Both the position numbers and the translations under genes were made by a program. The notes below the pieces were generated by a model. That model was not told the origin of the DNA, searched no databases, and saw only the letters and a list, made by a program, of their open reading frames with translations. A stretch of 46,703 nucleotides of DNA, the filler included, from Streblomastix strix (Eukaryota): NCBI GenBank assembly GCA_008636045.1. It is 2 parts of 2 records of this genome, joined end to end, with 100 filler letters (N's around TTAATTAATTAA, not from the genome) between each part and the next. Parts side by side here need not be neighbours in the genome. Positions count along the whole stretch, not along the records: positions 1 to 23,316 come from SNRW01000291.1; 1 more part is not named here. One strand, given 5' to 3'. Of the stretch, positions 1 through 11,950 are shown piece after piece; positions within the stretch are counted from its first letter, which is position 1; every line of letters starts with the position of its first letter.

Positions 1-500
1 TTACTTTATTTAAATTTATTTTTTAAAAAATTAACCAATAAAAATTACATTTACAGCTATGCTTATTTGCGAAATTTCAATTTAAATTTTTTTTTGTAAA
101 ATTCGTGTTCGATTTTTGAGATAAATTCAATTGAATAATTATAAAATAAGTATTTTAATGTTTATTATATTAAATTACAATAATTGATGAATTTGAAATG
201 GTTGGTTGAGTTAAAAAACGAAAAAATAAAAATTTTCTGTTTTTACGAACGCATGCCGCTAAAGATGTCGTAATTGTGCATCAATGTATCTGAAAAAATT
301 TTAGAAAAAAAATTTTATTAAAAATTAAATAATAATATTACCTCTATGATGACAAAAAAATAAAATTATATTTTTTACTAGTTTTTATAGCGGAGGCAAA
401 TCGAAAAATTTACAACTCCAGCTATTGTTCAAAAAATTATTTTAAATATTTTTAAATAAAAAAATAAGAAGTGATCCTACTGAATGGACACTCCCATATA

Positions 501-974
501 CAGTCATTATCGGTTAATTCAAAAACCATTTTGCCAAAAAAATGGAACTGCAAATTAGGGATAATTAGCAGTTTTTATATATAAAAAATACCAATTATTT
601 TATTTTAATTAAAAAATTCATTTATAAAGTAAAAATATATATAAAAATTAATAAATTTATTTTAAATCTAAGTTTTTTAAAAAAAATTATTTAAATTTTT
701 TGGTATATTTTTATTTGTTTCAGTTTTATAAAAAGAAACAAAATATTCTATATGCAAATTTAATATAAATTTATCATATATTGTTAATTTATTTTTCAAA
801 AAATAGAATTTATAAGGATTTGATAAAAATTTACTGCGAATTACATACTTGGTTACTGCGAATTAAGTGAAAAAATTTATGCCAAATTTCTAAAAAAATA
901 GATCATTAAGATTGAATACTGTGAATTAAATCTACAGTGAATTAACAGATATTTGAATTAACCGATATTGACTG
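501..974. mobile_element. Tc1/mariner/pogo-type MITE
   Basis: TIRs CAGTCATTATCGGTTAATTCAAA / TTTGAATTAACCGATATTGACTG (1 mismatch), TA on both flanks, non-coding AT-rich interior with GTGAATTA/GCGAATTA subrepeats. Confidence 0.85.
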
Positions 975-1560
975 TAGTTGATTATCAAATGATTTTAAAA
1001 TTTCATGAAAATAAAGTTATTTTTTTAATTTTTTTAATATTTTAATTTCTATATAGAAAAACTGTTAAAAAACATGCTAAAAGATAGCTAAAAAATAAAT
1101 GTTTTCATTTTGCCTTGGGAAAGATGTTTAAATACAATGTTGATGACTAGAATTTAAAAACAAAATTTAAATTAATACTTTGTACAGCCTGCATTCGCAG
1201 GGTCTCCTGCGGAGTTGATGAATCCGAATTTTGCAATATAAAAGTATATTATTTTGGCACGAGATATTGATATGAATAGTGAATGACTTTTGACTACACC
1301 TAGTGCGTGGAGTGCATCGAGTCAAAAACTTTCATAAAAAGCTGTACTAACTGGACAAATGGCCAGATTGTTAATGAAACATAAAAAATAAAACATATGC
1401 AAGAAAAAAATCAATTTTAAAATTTTAAACTTATTTTCAAAATTGAAGAGTTTGTTTTTAAATAATTCAACTTTTTAACAATATATAAATGAAGTTAAAA
1501 GACAATTAAGCTCAGACTAGCCAATCACTAACAATTCAAGAACGTATCTAAAATTTGTAT

Positions 1561-2026
1561 GAGTAGTAGGCAAAAGAAACCCACTGCCCTATGGAATTAA
1601 AACTTAAAAATAACGGAAAAACAATAGTGGATATAATCAATCGTAATGAAAAACGAAAATTATTTATGGGTAAACGAATGAAAAATAATTAATAAAATGA
1701 TTTATGGATAAGATTTACGGATAGGATTTACGGATAGAATTTATGGATAGGATTTACGGATGTAAAATGGATGAAAAATGGAAAATGAGTAGGATTTATT
1801 ATAATAATTTATGGTGATCGCTAATGCAATAAGTTAATTTTTAGAGTTAAATTACGTTGAGCAGTGATATTCTTTTGCCTACTCCTCTTGGGTATTAATT
1901 TATGAATTCAATCTTTTACAGCTATTTTATTTTTGACAGTTATTTAAAGATTAGAGATTTATTGTTTATTTGTAGTGAAACAGTGTAAGAAAATATGAGG
2001 GACATTCAAGGTTTTTCAATGATATA
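1561..2026 (+). repeat. Dispersed repeat copy 1 (homologous to 19993-20427), with imperfect ~55-bp internal inverted repeat and 13-bp tandem array
   Basis: CCACTGCCCTATGGAATTAAAACTT...GTTTTTCAATGATATA recurs at 19993-20427. GAGTAGTAGGCAAAAGAA (1561) pairs with TTCTTTTGCCTACTCCTC (~1870-1888). About 5 copies of (G/A)GATTTA(C/T)GGATA at ~1698-1761. Confidence 0.8.
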
Positions 2027-2033
2027 AGTAGTA

Positions 2034-2442
2034 TAGTCTCGGGAATCTAGCGCTCAAAATAGTTAAACTAATGGGCTAACTTGATTAAGAAGGGCTCAAA
2101 AACGTGCAAAATCAAAGGAAAAGAACTGATTCTTGATTAATTTGACCTATGTTTATATAATTTCGTGGGGTATAATATTTCATCGTTATTTTATGTATTA
2201 CTTTATATCATTGTTTTACCTAAAATGGCCGCTAATTTTATCTTTTTCTCCAATTTACGTTATTTTTTGGGGAGAAATGAATCATTGTCGCGAGTCTTAA
2301 CCGTGAAACGAAGCAATGTGAGGACAAAGGCCAAATTAATCAAAAATCAGTTCTTTTCTTTTGTTTTAGCACGTTTTTGAGGCCTTCTTAATTAAATTAG
2401 CCCATTAATTTAACTATTTTGAGCGCAAGATTCCCGAGACTA
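2034..2442. mobile_element. MITE/foldback element with ~115-bp TIRs
   Basis: TAGTCTCGGGAATCTAGCGCTCAAAATAG... is mirrored by ...CTATTTTGAGCGCAAGATTCCCGAGACTA, with TA flanks. Confidence 0.85.
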
Positions 2443-2444
2443 TA

Positions 2445-2886
2445 CAGTAAAATCCGGCTAATTCGCATTGGCATCGGCGAAAAAAATGCGAGTGCGAATT
2501 AAGTTAATTCGCACTTTTATAAGTAAAAAAAATCAAAGAATTTATTTCAAATTTCATAAAAATAGCTATTTTTTCGATTTTTTTTAAAACTAAAAAAAAA
2601 ATCTTTGAATTTTTGAAAATTTTACGTATTATATTGTATAAACAGTAATTTATAATAATAAATTATAAATATTTACATTAAATATTAAAATTTTTCATAA
2701 TTAATTTAAGAAACAAAAATTATTTTTCTAAATTTGTTATGTTTTAAGTGCGAATTATAAAACTTTTGTGCGAATTATCTAAAATAAATTAATAGAGAAA
2801 CAGTGACATTTCCTCAAATAATATAATAGTGCGAATTATACATATGGTGCGAATTAACCGGTGTGCGAATTAACCGGATTATACTG
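2445..2886 (+). mobile_element. Tc1/mariner/pogo-type MITE (second copy inverted at 38943-39379)
   Basis: TIRs CAGTAAAATCCGGCTAATTCGCA / TGCGAATTAACCGGATTATACTG, TA flanks, internal GCGAATTA repeats. Confidence 0.9.
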
Positions 2887-2941
2887 TACAACATTTCGGT
2901 AGCTATAATTAACGTGTTAGCGCAGTAATTAACCTTCAACC

Positions 2942-3222
2942 CAAACTTTCAAATTTTTTGAAAAAATAAACAGAGGTGCTATCTACCTTCTCACCTTTGG
3001 CGGGTTTCACTTTGTGAACTAGCTGACTGAAAGTTAGAGCTAAAATTAACTGAAGAACAAACTTTTAAATTTTTTGAAAAAATAAACAGAGGTGCAATCT
3101 ACCTTCTCACCTTTGGCGGGTTTCACTTTGTGAACTAGCTGACTGAAAGTTAGAGCTAAAATTAATGTTTGGTCAAACTTTCAAATTTTTTGAAAAAAAT
3201 AACAGTGATGCAATTTACCTTT
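2942..3222 (+). repeat. 116-bp tandem repeat (~2.4 units) in viral subterminal region
   Basis: Units start CAAACTTT at 2942, 3058 and 3174. The first two are near-identical. Confidence 0.9.
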
Positions 3223-3421
3223 TCATTTATTTTTGTTCTCTAATTACTATACTAACTCTAAAGTAGCCTTTTGGCTATCTTCTTTCGCTATCTCAATTAT
3301 TTGTTTTAATTATTCCAAACGTTATCTCCTATTAAATTGACGTAGTAAGAATCGTAATTCTATTTCTGGGTCAGATTTTGTAGCCTAACAAACTAATAAC
3401 GATAAGAATTAACTGTAAACC

Positions 3422-4740
3422 ATGAATTCCTAAACTCCTAATGATATCATTTTATATGATAAATAAATATAAGCAGTAAACATAGTACCAAGAGTAAACA
3501 TAGTGTGGCATCTTTATCGACTGTTATTACCCCTAAAAGATAAAAAGAGTATAATAAATAGATTAATTTAAAGCGCAAATTAAAGGGGGTAGAATTATCC
3601 AAACATACATTAACTACAAGTGGTGAAAGATAAGCTAGAAAGTTATACAATATATATATACGAAATTAAGGTAAAATTAATCCACCTGAGAAATTGGATA
3701 GTATTAATGAATATGAAGCACTAAGAAATGAATTTATCACAGTAGATCCCAAATTAAAAGATAAAATTAATTATAAAGGGCTTAAATTTTTCTAAATTAT
3801 TCGTAGAAGTTAATACGGAACTTAGCCTGATGATAATAAAGCGGAATTTGGTCCTGATTGGAAAAATATATAATAAGATTCACATTTATTGAAAAAATTG
3901 TACGGAATGACGATGTATAATAATTATTGGACGAATAATAAGAATAACATTTATTAATGATGGGTGAAGTATAAAATAAAATGTAAAAAATAGTTGAGTA
4001 GAATGAAGATATTCCTGATCCTAGATTTAGCGATATTTAATCATCATACCACCAAAAATAATTCCAATTAGGATAGCGAGAGAACCAGATTTTAATATTG
4101 ATGCTCGATTAGCTGAGCCTAGTGCTCGTACTGGTAGTGCAGTTATGCCTCCAGATCCAGATACTATAGTGAGAGAGATGAGCTATGAAGGCCCTAATGG
4201 GGCACAAATAGCTGAATAAATATATAAAGAATAAGATGGAGTATAGGTACCATCTTAAGCATTACCAGAAGAGGACGCAACATAATAGCGTATGGATGAA
4301 TAGCCAAATTAATAAGCTAGCTAATAAATTAATTAACAGTTTAATGAAGCAGGTGGCGTATAAGATTAATTACCAGATTCGGCAAGTTAATTTATTTAGA
4401 GTCAAATATAATAAAGTTAAGCTAGAAGTTAGATGAGCGAAGACATATAAGAGAATAACGACGAAATAATAAAGGGATTAAAGTATGTAGTTGGTGCAAC
4501 AGGTTGGGGGAAATAACCTTTTAACGCTTATTTCAACTAATAACATTTTCCAGATCGGAAATATTAATGGTACACTAATGAAGGATAAACCGTACTAAGA
4601 TAGGCCTAAGTTAAATTAGATAAATAATCGCTATTAAATATGCCGAGAAAGAAGAAAAACTACGTATCAAAAGGAGAATTAAACAAAACGTTATAGGGAT
4701 AAAAAATAATTACAAAAAAAGAAATGAACTCAATTTCACT
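3422..4740 (+). pseudogene. Viral hypothetical Gln-rich protein, frameshifted
   Basis: ATG at 3422. Long protein-like segments in alternating frames under TAR=Gln (e.g. AEFGPDWKNIYKD, YVVGATGWGKQPFNAYF). Confidence 0.55.
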
Positions 4741-6442
4741 GTTTGTTTATATATTTTTCGAGTATGTTCATAGTACTATTAATGCCCTCCTATTCAATTA
4801 TATATTTATTTAATAACTTTTGTATATTCAATTATTTCGCTGTTACATCTGATCTAAATTTTTTCACTTTATTCCTCTATCGCTATTTGAACTACTATCT
4901 TTATTCTTTAGCCCGCTATTTAGCTTCCTCAGTAGTAAAGCACTTTTTAGGCCTTCCTTTAATTTTAGTCGGAACACTATCTTAACTTGTTTCATTAATC
5001 ACTTTATTAACAGCCTCATCAATCATTTCATCTATTTACTTTAATTATATATTATATCTCAAGTTTACATTAAAAATAAAAAGTTCATAATAATTATTTT
5101 TATATTTATTTTCTAATTAATCAAGGTCACTGGATATAAATTTAATATAATAACTAGGTACTTCAACTTCAGTTACATCCTTATAGGGCTTCAATAATTT
5201 ATAGATTACATTACCATGAATATATTTAATAAAAGTAGCTAACTCATTAAAGTTCCTACGCTACTTATCAAATTAATGTTTTGTTTTAGTCAAATCTAAG
5301 TGGATTAAGATATTGTTCCTTGTTTCTAAATTTAGTAGTTGATCTTTTCTTTATAAATTAATTTTACTTTCTAATTCTTATTATTTTTAGCGAATGTAAT
5401 TACCTTCTAAATCACGTGATTCATTTACTTATGTTGGGATATATTTATTGTTGAATGCGCTGTGTTTGGAATTATTATACTTGTCAGCTGCTTACTATAG
5501 TACATGATTAGATGCCTATTAATTTATTAATTTATTCCTCATAGTTCTGATACCACTATCTACCACTCTATTTTTATTCGTGTATAAGGATTTATTATAA
5601 AAATATTATATATTATGTTTAATCAATAGATCCCTTATTTATTTACTTCCAAATGATGCTTCCCCATCTGATCTAATATTTGTCACATACTAGGTTTATA
5701 TTAGCGACTCTAGAGCTGGGATTAGTGATCATGTCTCTTTTGTTCGGATTGGATAAATAATTAGGTACTTAGTATTGACGTTGATAATAAATAAGAACAG
5801 TAACAACTTCGTTGCTGGCATCTTTGATGCTAACTATTTGAAGAATCCTATATCAATTTCCCATGAACCTAATTGTGGAGAAAAGTAAGGCTGTTAATAT
5901 TTGGCTAGTGGTTTCAATTTGTAATCTTTAATCTATTCACGGGGTTAATACTCTTTAGAACGGCAACATATTTGCTATTAATATTACTCCTATAATTAGT
6001 TGTTACACTAATGATTCTAATTTTATATATTTTTGGTATTGTATTTGATTGCTTCAGCGTGCTATTAATTTATAAATTTGTTCTCAGTTCGAAGTGAAAT
6101 CAATTCCTCTAAATCTAATTAGGAATTAATATATTTAATTTAAGGTTATTTTTACACTTTCTTTTTTATAGGTTATGGTTTAGTTTATTCCTATTCTTAT
6201 TCTTCTTCAATATCATCGTCGCTTGATTCTGAATTAAACAATTTTTATTTTTATTTTTATGGAGTTCCTCTTGCTTACATCATTAATTTATTTTATTAAG
6301 CTTAAGTAATTATTTTCAACCCTTTCTTACCATCTTCGAAACATTTAATTTGTTTATTATCACGAATAAAATATCCACCATCAAAATATTCAGTATTTGT
6401 TCCATTCTCCACCATAAATTTATATGCTTGCGACTTATCCAT
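4736..6442 (-). pseudogene. Polinton-type retroviral-like (rve) integrase, 569-codon frame with one internal TGA (5729-5731)
   Basis: GSWEID...FIINVNTKYL...IRSDGEASF...NRVVDSGIRTMR...YNNSKHSAF motifs, plus a C-terminal KGRPKK AT-hook-like segment. May be a fusion of adjacent ORFs. Confidence 0.85.
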
Positions 6443-6472
6443 TTAATAATCAGAAATCTTTATCGAATTTAA

Positions 6473-7288
6473 ATGATACGCGGAGTTGAACGGAATTAAT
6501 TGCTGCTCTCTAAAAGTAAGAAGTAAGTGAAAGAACTTACTGACCCAAATAATTAATAAAGATTACAGTATGTAGATAATTTAATAGCAGCTGCTCTGCC
6601 GCCAACACAATCGAAGATTGAGTCAGCTATGCTGCCGAAGTTGGTATCAAAAGTTATTGAAAATGAATTGAATTACTCTTTAGAGCGGTAACAAAGTTGC
6701 TAGCCAGAACATTAATCAAGTTAATCATAACGTTAGTTCAATAAAAATAAGTACACTGATGCTGATAGAACAACTGCTTAAGTAACACCATAGGAAGTAA
6801 TAGATAAATTAGCCCAGCCAATTATTTAGATATCAATTTAGCCAATAGTCCAGCTAATAATTTAGCCGCTAGCCCAAAATATAATCATGGGCAATCATTT
6901 AAACGCCTATATATCTCATCCTAATCTGGAGGTTATGAAATTTGTAGTCGATTGCATATGGCGGACTGTTACACATAGAAACAAAGGTGATGATTTCATT
7001 CTATCGTTGGATAATTTTATTAAATTTTGGTCAATAGTTACATAAGAGAAGGAAGATGATATTGAAATTGTACTAGACGAATCTATTATAGCAGCACACT
7101 CATGCCTTAGTAAATAATATAAAAAGAAGGAAATAGTTAGAGTTATTGATGTACAGATAAAAAATGTTTCGATTAATACGTAGGATAATGTACTCTGGAA
7201 TAGCGTGGAAAAATTATATAGAATAAATAAAGATCTAGTTAGATTGAGTGAGGTCCCAGCAATTTATATTGACCCAACTGAATTTTGA
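6473..7288 (+). CDS. Viral hypothetical protein (271 aa) carrying two in-frame hairpin inserts
   Basis: Open ATG..TGA frame under TAR=Gln, divergent from the integrase. Confidence 0.7.
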
Positions 7289-7316
7289 ACATAATTTATT
7301 TTTGCAATTAAATTAA

Positions 7317-8360
7317 ATGGATGACCTTGAGCTTCCTACCTAAGAACAATTATAAGCGATGAAAGATTAACTAGATAAAATATGAAAGATCGATAATGAA
7401 TAAAAATAATTCGAATTATTACGTGAAAAATTAATTCTCTTCATTGAATAATAAATAATTAAGTACTTTACTTACTTCAGTTAATAGATCAAGACTAAAG
7501 ATGTTGATTTATCTAAATTAATGACCCTAGATACAAATCAAACAGTAACAGGATACAAATAGTTCATACAATCAATACAAGCAGATAAATTTATCAAAAC
7601 AGGTGGCACTGATAATTGAATATTGCTAGCTAATGGTACCACAACTGATATTGATTAATTTTTACCCAAATACTATCCTCACGCGATAGGGTAATTGATT
7701 ATTGAGCCAAGTGATACTATATTAGGTTAGGGTATTAGGATAATGAAAAATAAAGCAAATTGGGATAGCTTTGTACTCACTGGATGTAACACTGACACCA
7801 CAGATAGAGATGGTGTATGGAAAGTTGGTTCAACTTCATCATAATTTTGAATATAAAAATAGGAAGATTAAGCATATGACTATAAGGGGTTAATTATAGA
7901 TTTCGATTGTACATCATTAAAATTTAATAATGAAGTTATAATACCTAGACCTATCACCCCTATTGATTATGCTACTTAATATTCAATTGCTTATAAAATG
8001 TTTGAGCAACAAATATTGGGTTCATTAACAAAATAAGGAGATAGAATATATATTTCTCTTCAAATAACTCACTCTAATCCTAATACTTAAACTCTGTCCG
8101 AATATACTATGTTTTCAATCAATAATAATGATATCAAACCTAAATTTACAGGAACAACTAGGAACATACCTATTAACGCAGTTATGTTCGCGTAAAAAGT
8201 ACTAGGCTATCCAATCTGCTGGAATGGTGCTATTCCTATTGATTGTATTATTAATCCTAATGGTAATTTTATAATTAATACATAGTGTTAGATTAATTTA
8301 TCTGATGATTTTTGTGTTTAGTTTTGTGATTCTTATGCCATACATAACTAATCAAACTGA
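7317..8360 (+). pseudogene. Phage tail-fibre-like protein with internal TGAs
   Basis: LMTLDTNQTVTGYKQF...ADKFIKTGGTDN*ILLANG resembles fibre shaft repeats. Single 348-codon frame with at least 3 TGAs. Confidence 0.65.
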
Positions 8361-8488
8361 TTAAATAAAGCTGATATTAGCTCTAATTCAGGGTCAGATA
8401 AATGGTAGATTGCACCAATGAAATAAATTTCAAAAAATTTGGAAATTAATTGTTAGGCTAAATTATACGCTAATTCAGGTAATTTTAT

Positions 8489-9517
8489 TCAATTTTATCT
8501 TTTTAATATATCGAACGTATTTAGGCTTTTATTTATTATGATAAACTCGTATTTCTAAAGGCTGTTATAAATAATGATAAATTCCTATTCATTTAATTCC
8601 TATACGTTATTCTCCTCATATATTTATTTCAAAACTTATTTGGATATGTTAGCCCCAACGGCAATCACATGACATAATACACTGGCTGATTTAAACAAAT
8701 AACTTGGCCTTTACACGCAGAAAAATATGGTATTTTTACTATGTCGGCTATCACTGACCAAATGTGTGATTGATCTAGCCAGCTCACAAGTGTATTGTTA
8801 AATGTCCTTATTAGATCCAATGTCATCAAAAATCATTAATGTGGAAAGTAATGAAGAGCTACTCAATATAGGTATTTTTTAGAATTCTTATTCCCCATCT
8901 TATTCTATTATTTTCAATTTTTTAGAATATTTAACTCCTTTAATTATCGGGGGAACATTGAAGCGCATAATTGTTGTAGGCTAACTAAATTCGTTAATTA
9001 TTTTTATACATTCCCCAATAAATATATCTCGTAATCTATGTTAATATTATTTATCTGTTTCCTATTCCCCTCGTTAATCTTTATATTTATTATTTTCGAC
9101 TATTGACTCTTTCATTCTAGTTATGTAATCTGAATCATATCTAATATCACGTTCTTTTAACTTCCAATAGGTATAAATTTCCTTCACTTTATATTTAATT
9201 TCATCGAATTAAGGTAGAAAAGATTATGCTTCTACGTAAGTTATATTAATTAATTTTATACCTTTATTATTTAAATTAATTGCCATTGTTTCATCTGGTC
9301 CAAAGTTAGAGAAGTATAATACATAGAGATTAATATTTCGTTAATATAGTACAATTAATTTAGCCATTAAAGTTGTTTTACCACTTCCAACCGATCCAAC
9401 TATATAATGATTGGCGTTAATGAGAAAGATTGAATGTGGGGCTAACGGCCTAATTTTATATTCCTCTAATAGTGATTGATAGTCGAATGATACTTAATTT
9501 ATTTATTATGGATTCAT
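8489..9517 (-). CDS. A32/FtsK-like genome-packaging ATPase (probable frameshift near the C-terminus)
   Basis: Walker A GSVGSGKTT, Walker B LMIFDD, arginine-finger SRH and downstream FFCVQ motif. Confidence 0.9.
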
Positions 9518-9989
9518 TTAAGTAAATATAAATGAATGTGATTAGTATAATATAATTAGTTTGAAATTACTTATTTTTATGGTATTAATTTTATAATATC
9601 AATTATCTCAGTTAGTGTACCAATCTAATATATTTCACTGATTAAACAATTATGGGTGCATCTAGATATAATATTAGTTCCAGTTAATATAATTATATAT
9701 ATAATTTAATTTTGCTATCGTAGAAGGAAGATGAAGGAAATTAACGAATCATAAATCAAATAATTTATCACAGAGTAATTTGAGTAATTAATTAAGGAGG
9801 CAATCAAAAATAACGATATAAAATTAGATAAAGAATATCGATATTAGTTATATTTGAAGTTATTGAATAATTATCCCTGAATAGCGTTGAATTAGCGTAA
9901 TAAATTAGCTTGAATTAGCCCAGCCTGAATTAATTTCCAATTTTTTTGAAAAAAATAACAGAGGTGCAATTTACTTTTTATCCGATCAG

Positions 9990-10647
9990 GATTATTTTGG
10001 TATAGCCTAAATTAGGCAGGACTCCAACTGACGTATCAGTCGAATTTACTTGTAAGTGTCGCATAGGATTTGGATTAAATTAGTTTAATTAAGTTTATAC
10101 AGGTGATGGAATAGGAACATATTAATACAAACTTTAATCTAATCTATCTTCTGGAATGGATGTGTGTTATATAATATATTTTGATACAGGTGCTAATAGA
10201 TATGGTGAATTATGGGTACGTGTCTTAATGTGGTCTAACTATTTAATCTTTCAATAAACAAATTCGAGTATGGAAACAGAACCATTATATGACGTTCTTA
10301 ATAGTGAAATGTAGTCATAACTTCCTAGTGGTGCAAGAAGTAGTACAGCGTTATTTGCGAATTAATTTAATTCAGTAGTACATATAAATAGTAGTTTGAA
10401 TGATAATAGAGCAGGTTTATGAATTGCACGATAAGCAAATGGTGGAGGAATTTATTTAGGTACTAAGCCAGCAACAGACGGTGGAGTTACTGCAGATTAA
10501 TGGAATATTATTACATCACCGGAAAATTCAGCATAAAATCCATTAGGTTTTACAATTTGTTTGGGGACAGATGCACCTACAAATAATAGTGGTTTGCGTA
10601 TCTCCGCTGATGGAAACACTTTAACTTTCAATGGTAGAGTCATTTGA
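9990..10647 (+). pseudogene. 5'-truncated second fibre-like protein
   Basis: Gly/Thr/Asn-rich beta-type sequence ending GLRISADGNTLTFNGRVI*, similar to the GIRIMK...GLIIDFDCTSLKFN module of 7317-8360. Internal TGA at 10420. Confidence 0.6.
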
Positions 10648-10696
10648 GATGGCTTTTGCTTTAGCAAAGTGCTTTGAACAATTTATTTTTATTTAA

Positions 10697-10951
10697 ATGA
10701 ATTAGTTATTATAAGTAGCTATCATACCTAGATAAAAGATTAACGCGAATATTACTGAAATATATTATATTTATTAAGCTCTAATTGAACCAATTAAATG
10801 TAAAGAAAGTAAAAAAATAAGTACCAACTCTGTTGGCGGCATAAATGCTACTTAAGCAAACATAGAGGATGAAGGGGAATATATTGGAGATAAGTGTTAG
10901 AAAATGATAAATTATATTAATTACCTATATATAATTGCTTAACATGAGTGA
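10697..10951 (+). CDS. Small viral hypothetical protein (84 aa) with an in-frame hairpin insert
   Basis: ATG..TGA open under TAR=Gln. Confidence 0.5.
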
Positions 10952-10956
10952 GTTAA

Positions 10957-11385
10957 TCATATTTAATTTAATGAGTAATAATTTCTAAACTATTTATTTC
11001 CTACATCAGATACAAAATTATTGTAGATTTATTTTTCCTCATCATTTTCCTCTGTTAATATATAACGTTTAAGTTTTTCAGCTTGAGTACTACTTAATTA
11101 TTTATACTAATTATATTAATCTATACATTTATGATTATTTTAAGCGTAAATTTTATTAAGGTATTACTCTTGCTCTGCTTACTTATTAAAATATTATAAT
11201 TTTTATTATTTGGGGTCAAATTACTATTTAATTTTTTTCAACTCTTAGGATAATAATGGTTAATCTAATTAGGGCTACATTAAGTCCTTTAATTATTAAA
11301 TTATTTCAGATATTATATCCTCTTATAAATTATTTTTAGCTAGTTGTTTGATTAAATATTTCAATTATATTATTAATGATTCCAT
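10957..11385 (-). CDS. Viral hypothetical helical protein (142 aa)
   Basis: ATG..TGA open under TAR=Gln. Confidence 0.55.
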
Positions 11386-11454
11386 TTAAATAAATAAAAA
11401 TAAACTACATTAGCGTATAAATTTGCATATAAATTAACGTATAAATTATTGAAT

Positions 11455-11652
11455 TCACTAACCCTAAATTAATTTTTTCGATTAATGTACATAATCAACT
11501 GGTTTAGGTTAGATATGAATTGGCTTTATAATAACAGCGTCACTTCTCATCTATGTCGAAGCTAGCAATTTAGCTAAAGTATTAGGAACATATCCAGTTG
11601 CTTATTTGACTCCACTTAATAATCTTGAACCAAAATTCTTAGAGTTAGTCAT
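11455..11652 (-). CDS. Small basic viral protein (MTNSKNFGSRLLSGVKQ...), paralogous to its neighbour
   Basis: Open frame that shares KNFGS with 11714-11923. Confidence 0.5.
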
Positions 11653-11713
11653 ATTTAAATGTAAAAATAATTCGTAGATTAATATAACATTTATGCCGCC
11701 AACATAGTTGGTA

Positions 11714-11923
11714 TCATTGATTAAGGAATTTATTTGCCATTCCTGCAGCACCACCTACGCCTCTGGCTATCATACCAGCGGTTGGATTAATTGCGCCTAA
11801 TGGCCCTGAAATAGCACCCATAACTTTATGAAGAACTGGAGCTACCCATTTAGCCGCTGATGTTACCCTGTGTAAAATTTTTGAACCAAAATTCTTGAAA
11901 GATGACCAAAATCCCGTTTGTAT
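11714..11923 (-). CDS. Small amphipathic Gly/Ala-rich virion protein, adenovirus protein VI-like N-terminus (start codon reads ATA)
   Basis: QTGFWSSFKNFGSKILHRVTSAAKWVAPVLHKVMGAISGPLGAINPTAGMIARGVGGAAGMANKFLNQ*, divergent from the capsid ORF. Confidence 0.65.
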   Translation of the reverse strand: MQTGFWSSFKNFGSKILHRVTSAAKWVAPVLHKVMGAISGPLGAINPTAGMIARGVGGAAGMANKFLNQ

Positions 11924-11950
11924 TAGTTTAAAATTTATTTCAGTTAATAA

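Noticed and set aside
2942..3222. Possible CRISPR array
   Set aside because: Whole 116-bp units are duplicated, with no unique spacers and no cas genes, in a eukaryotic context
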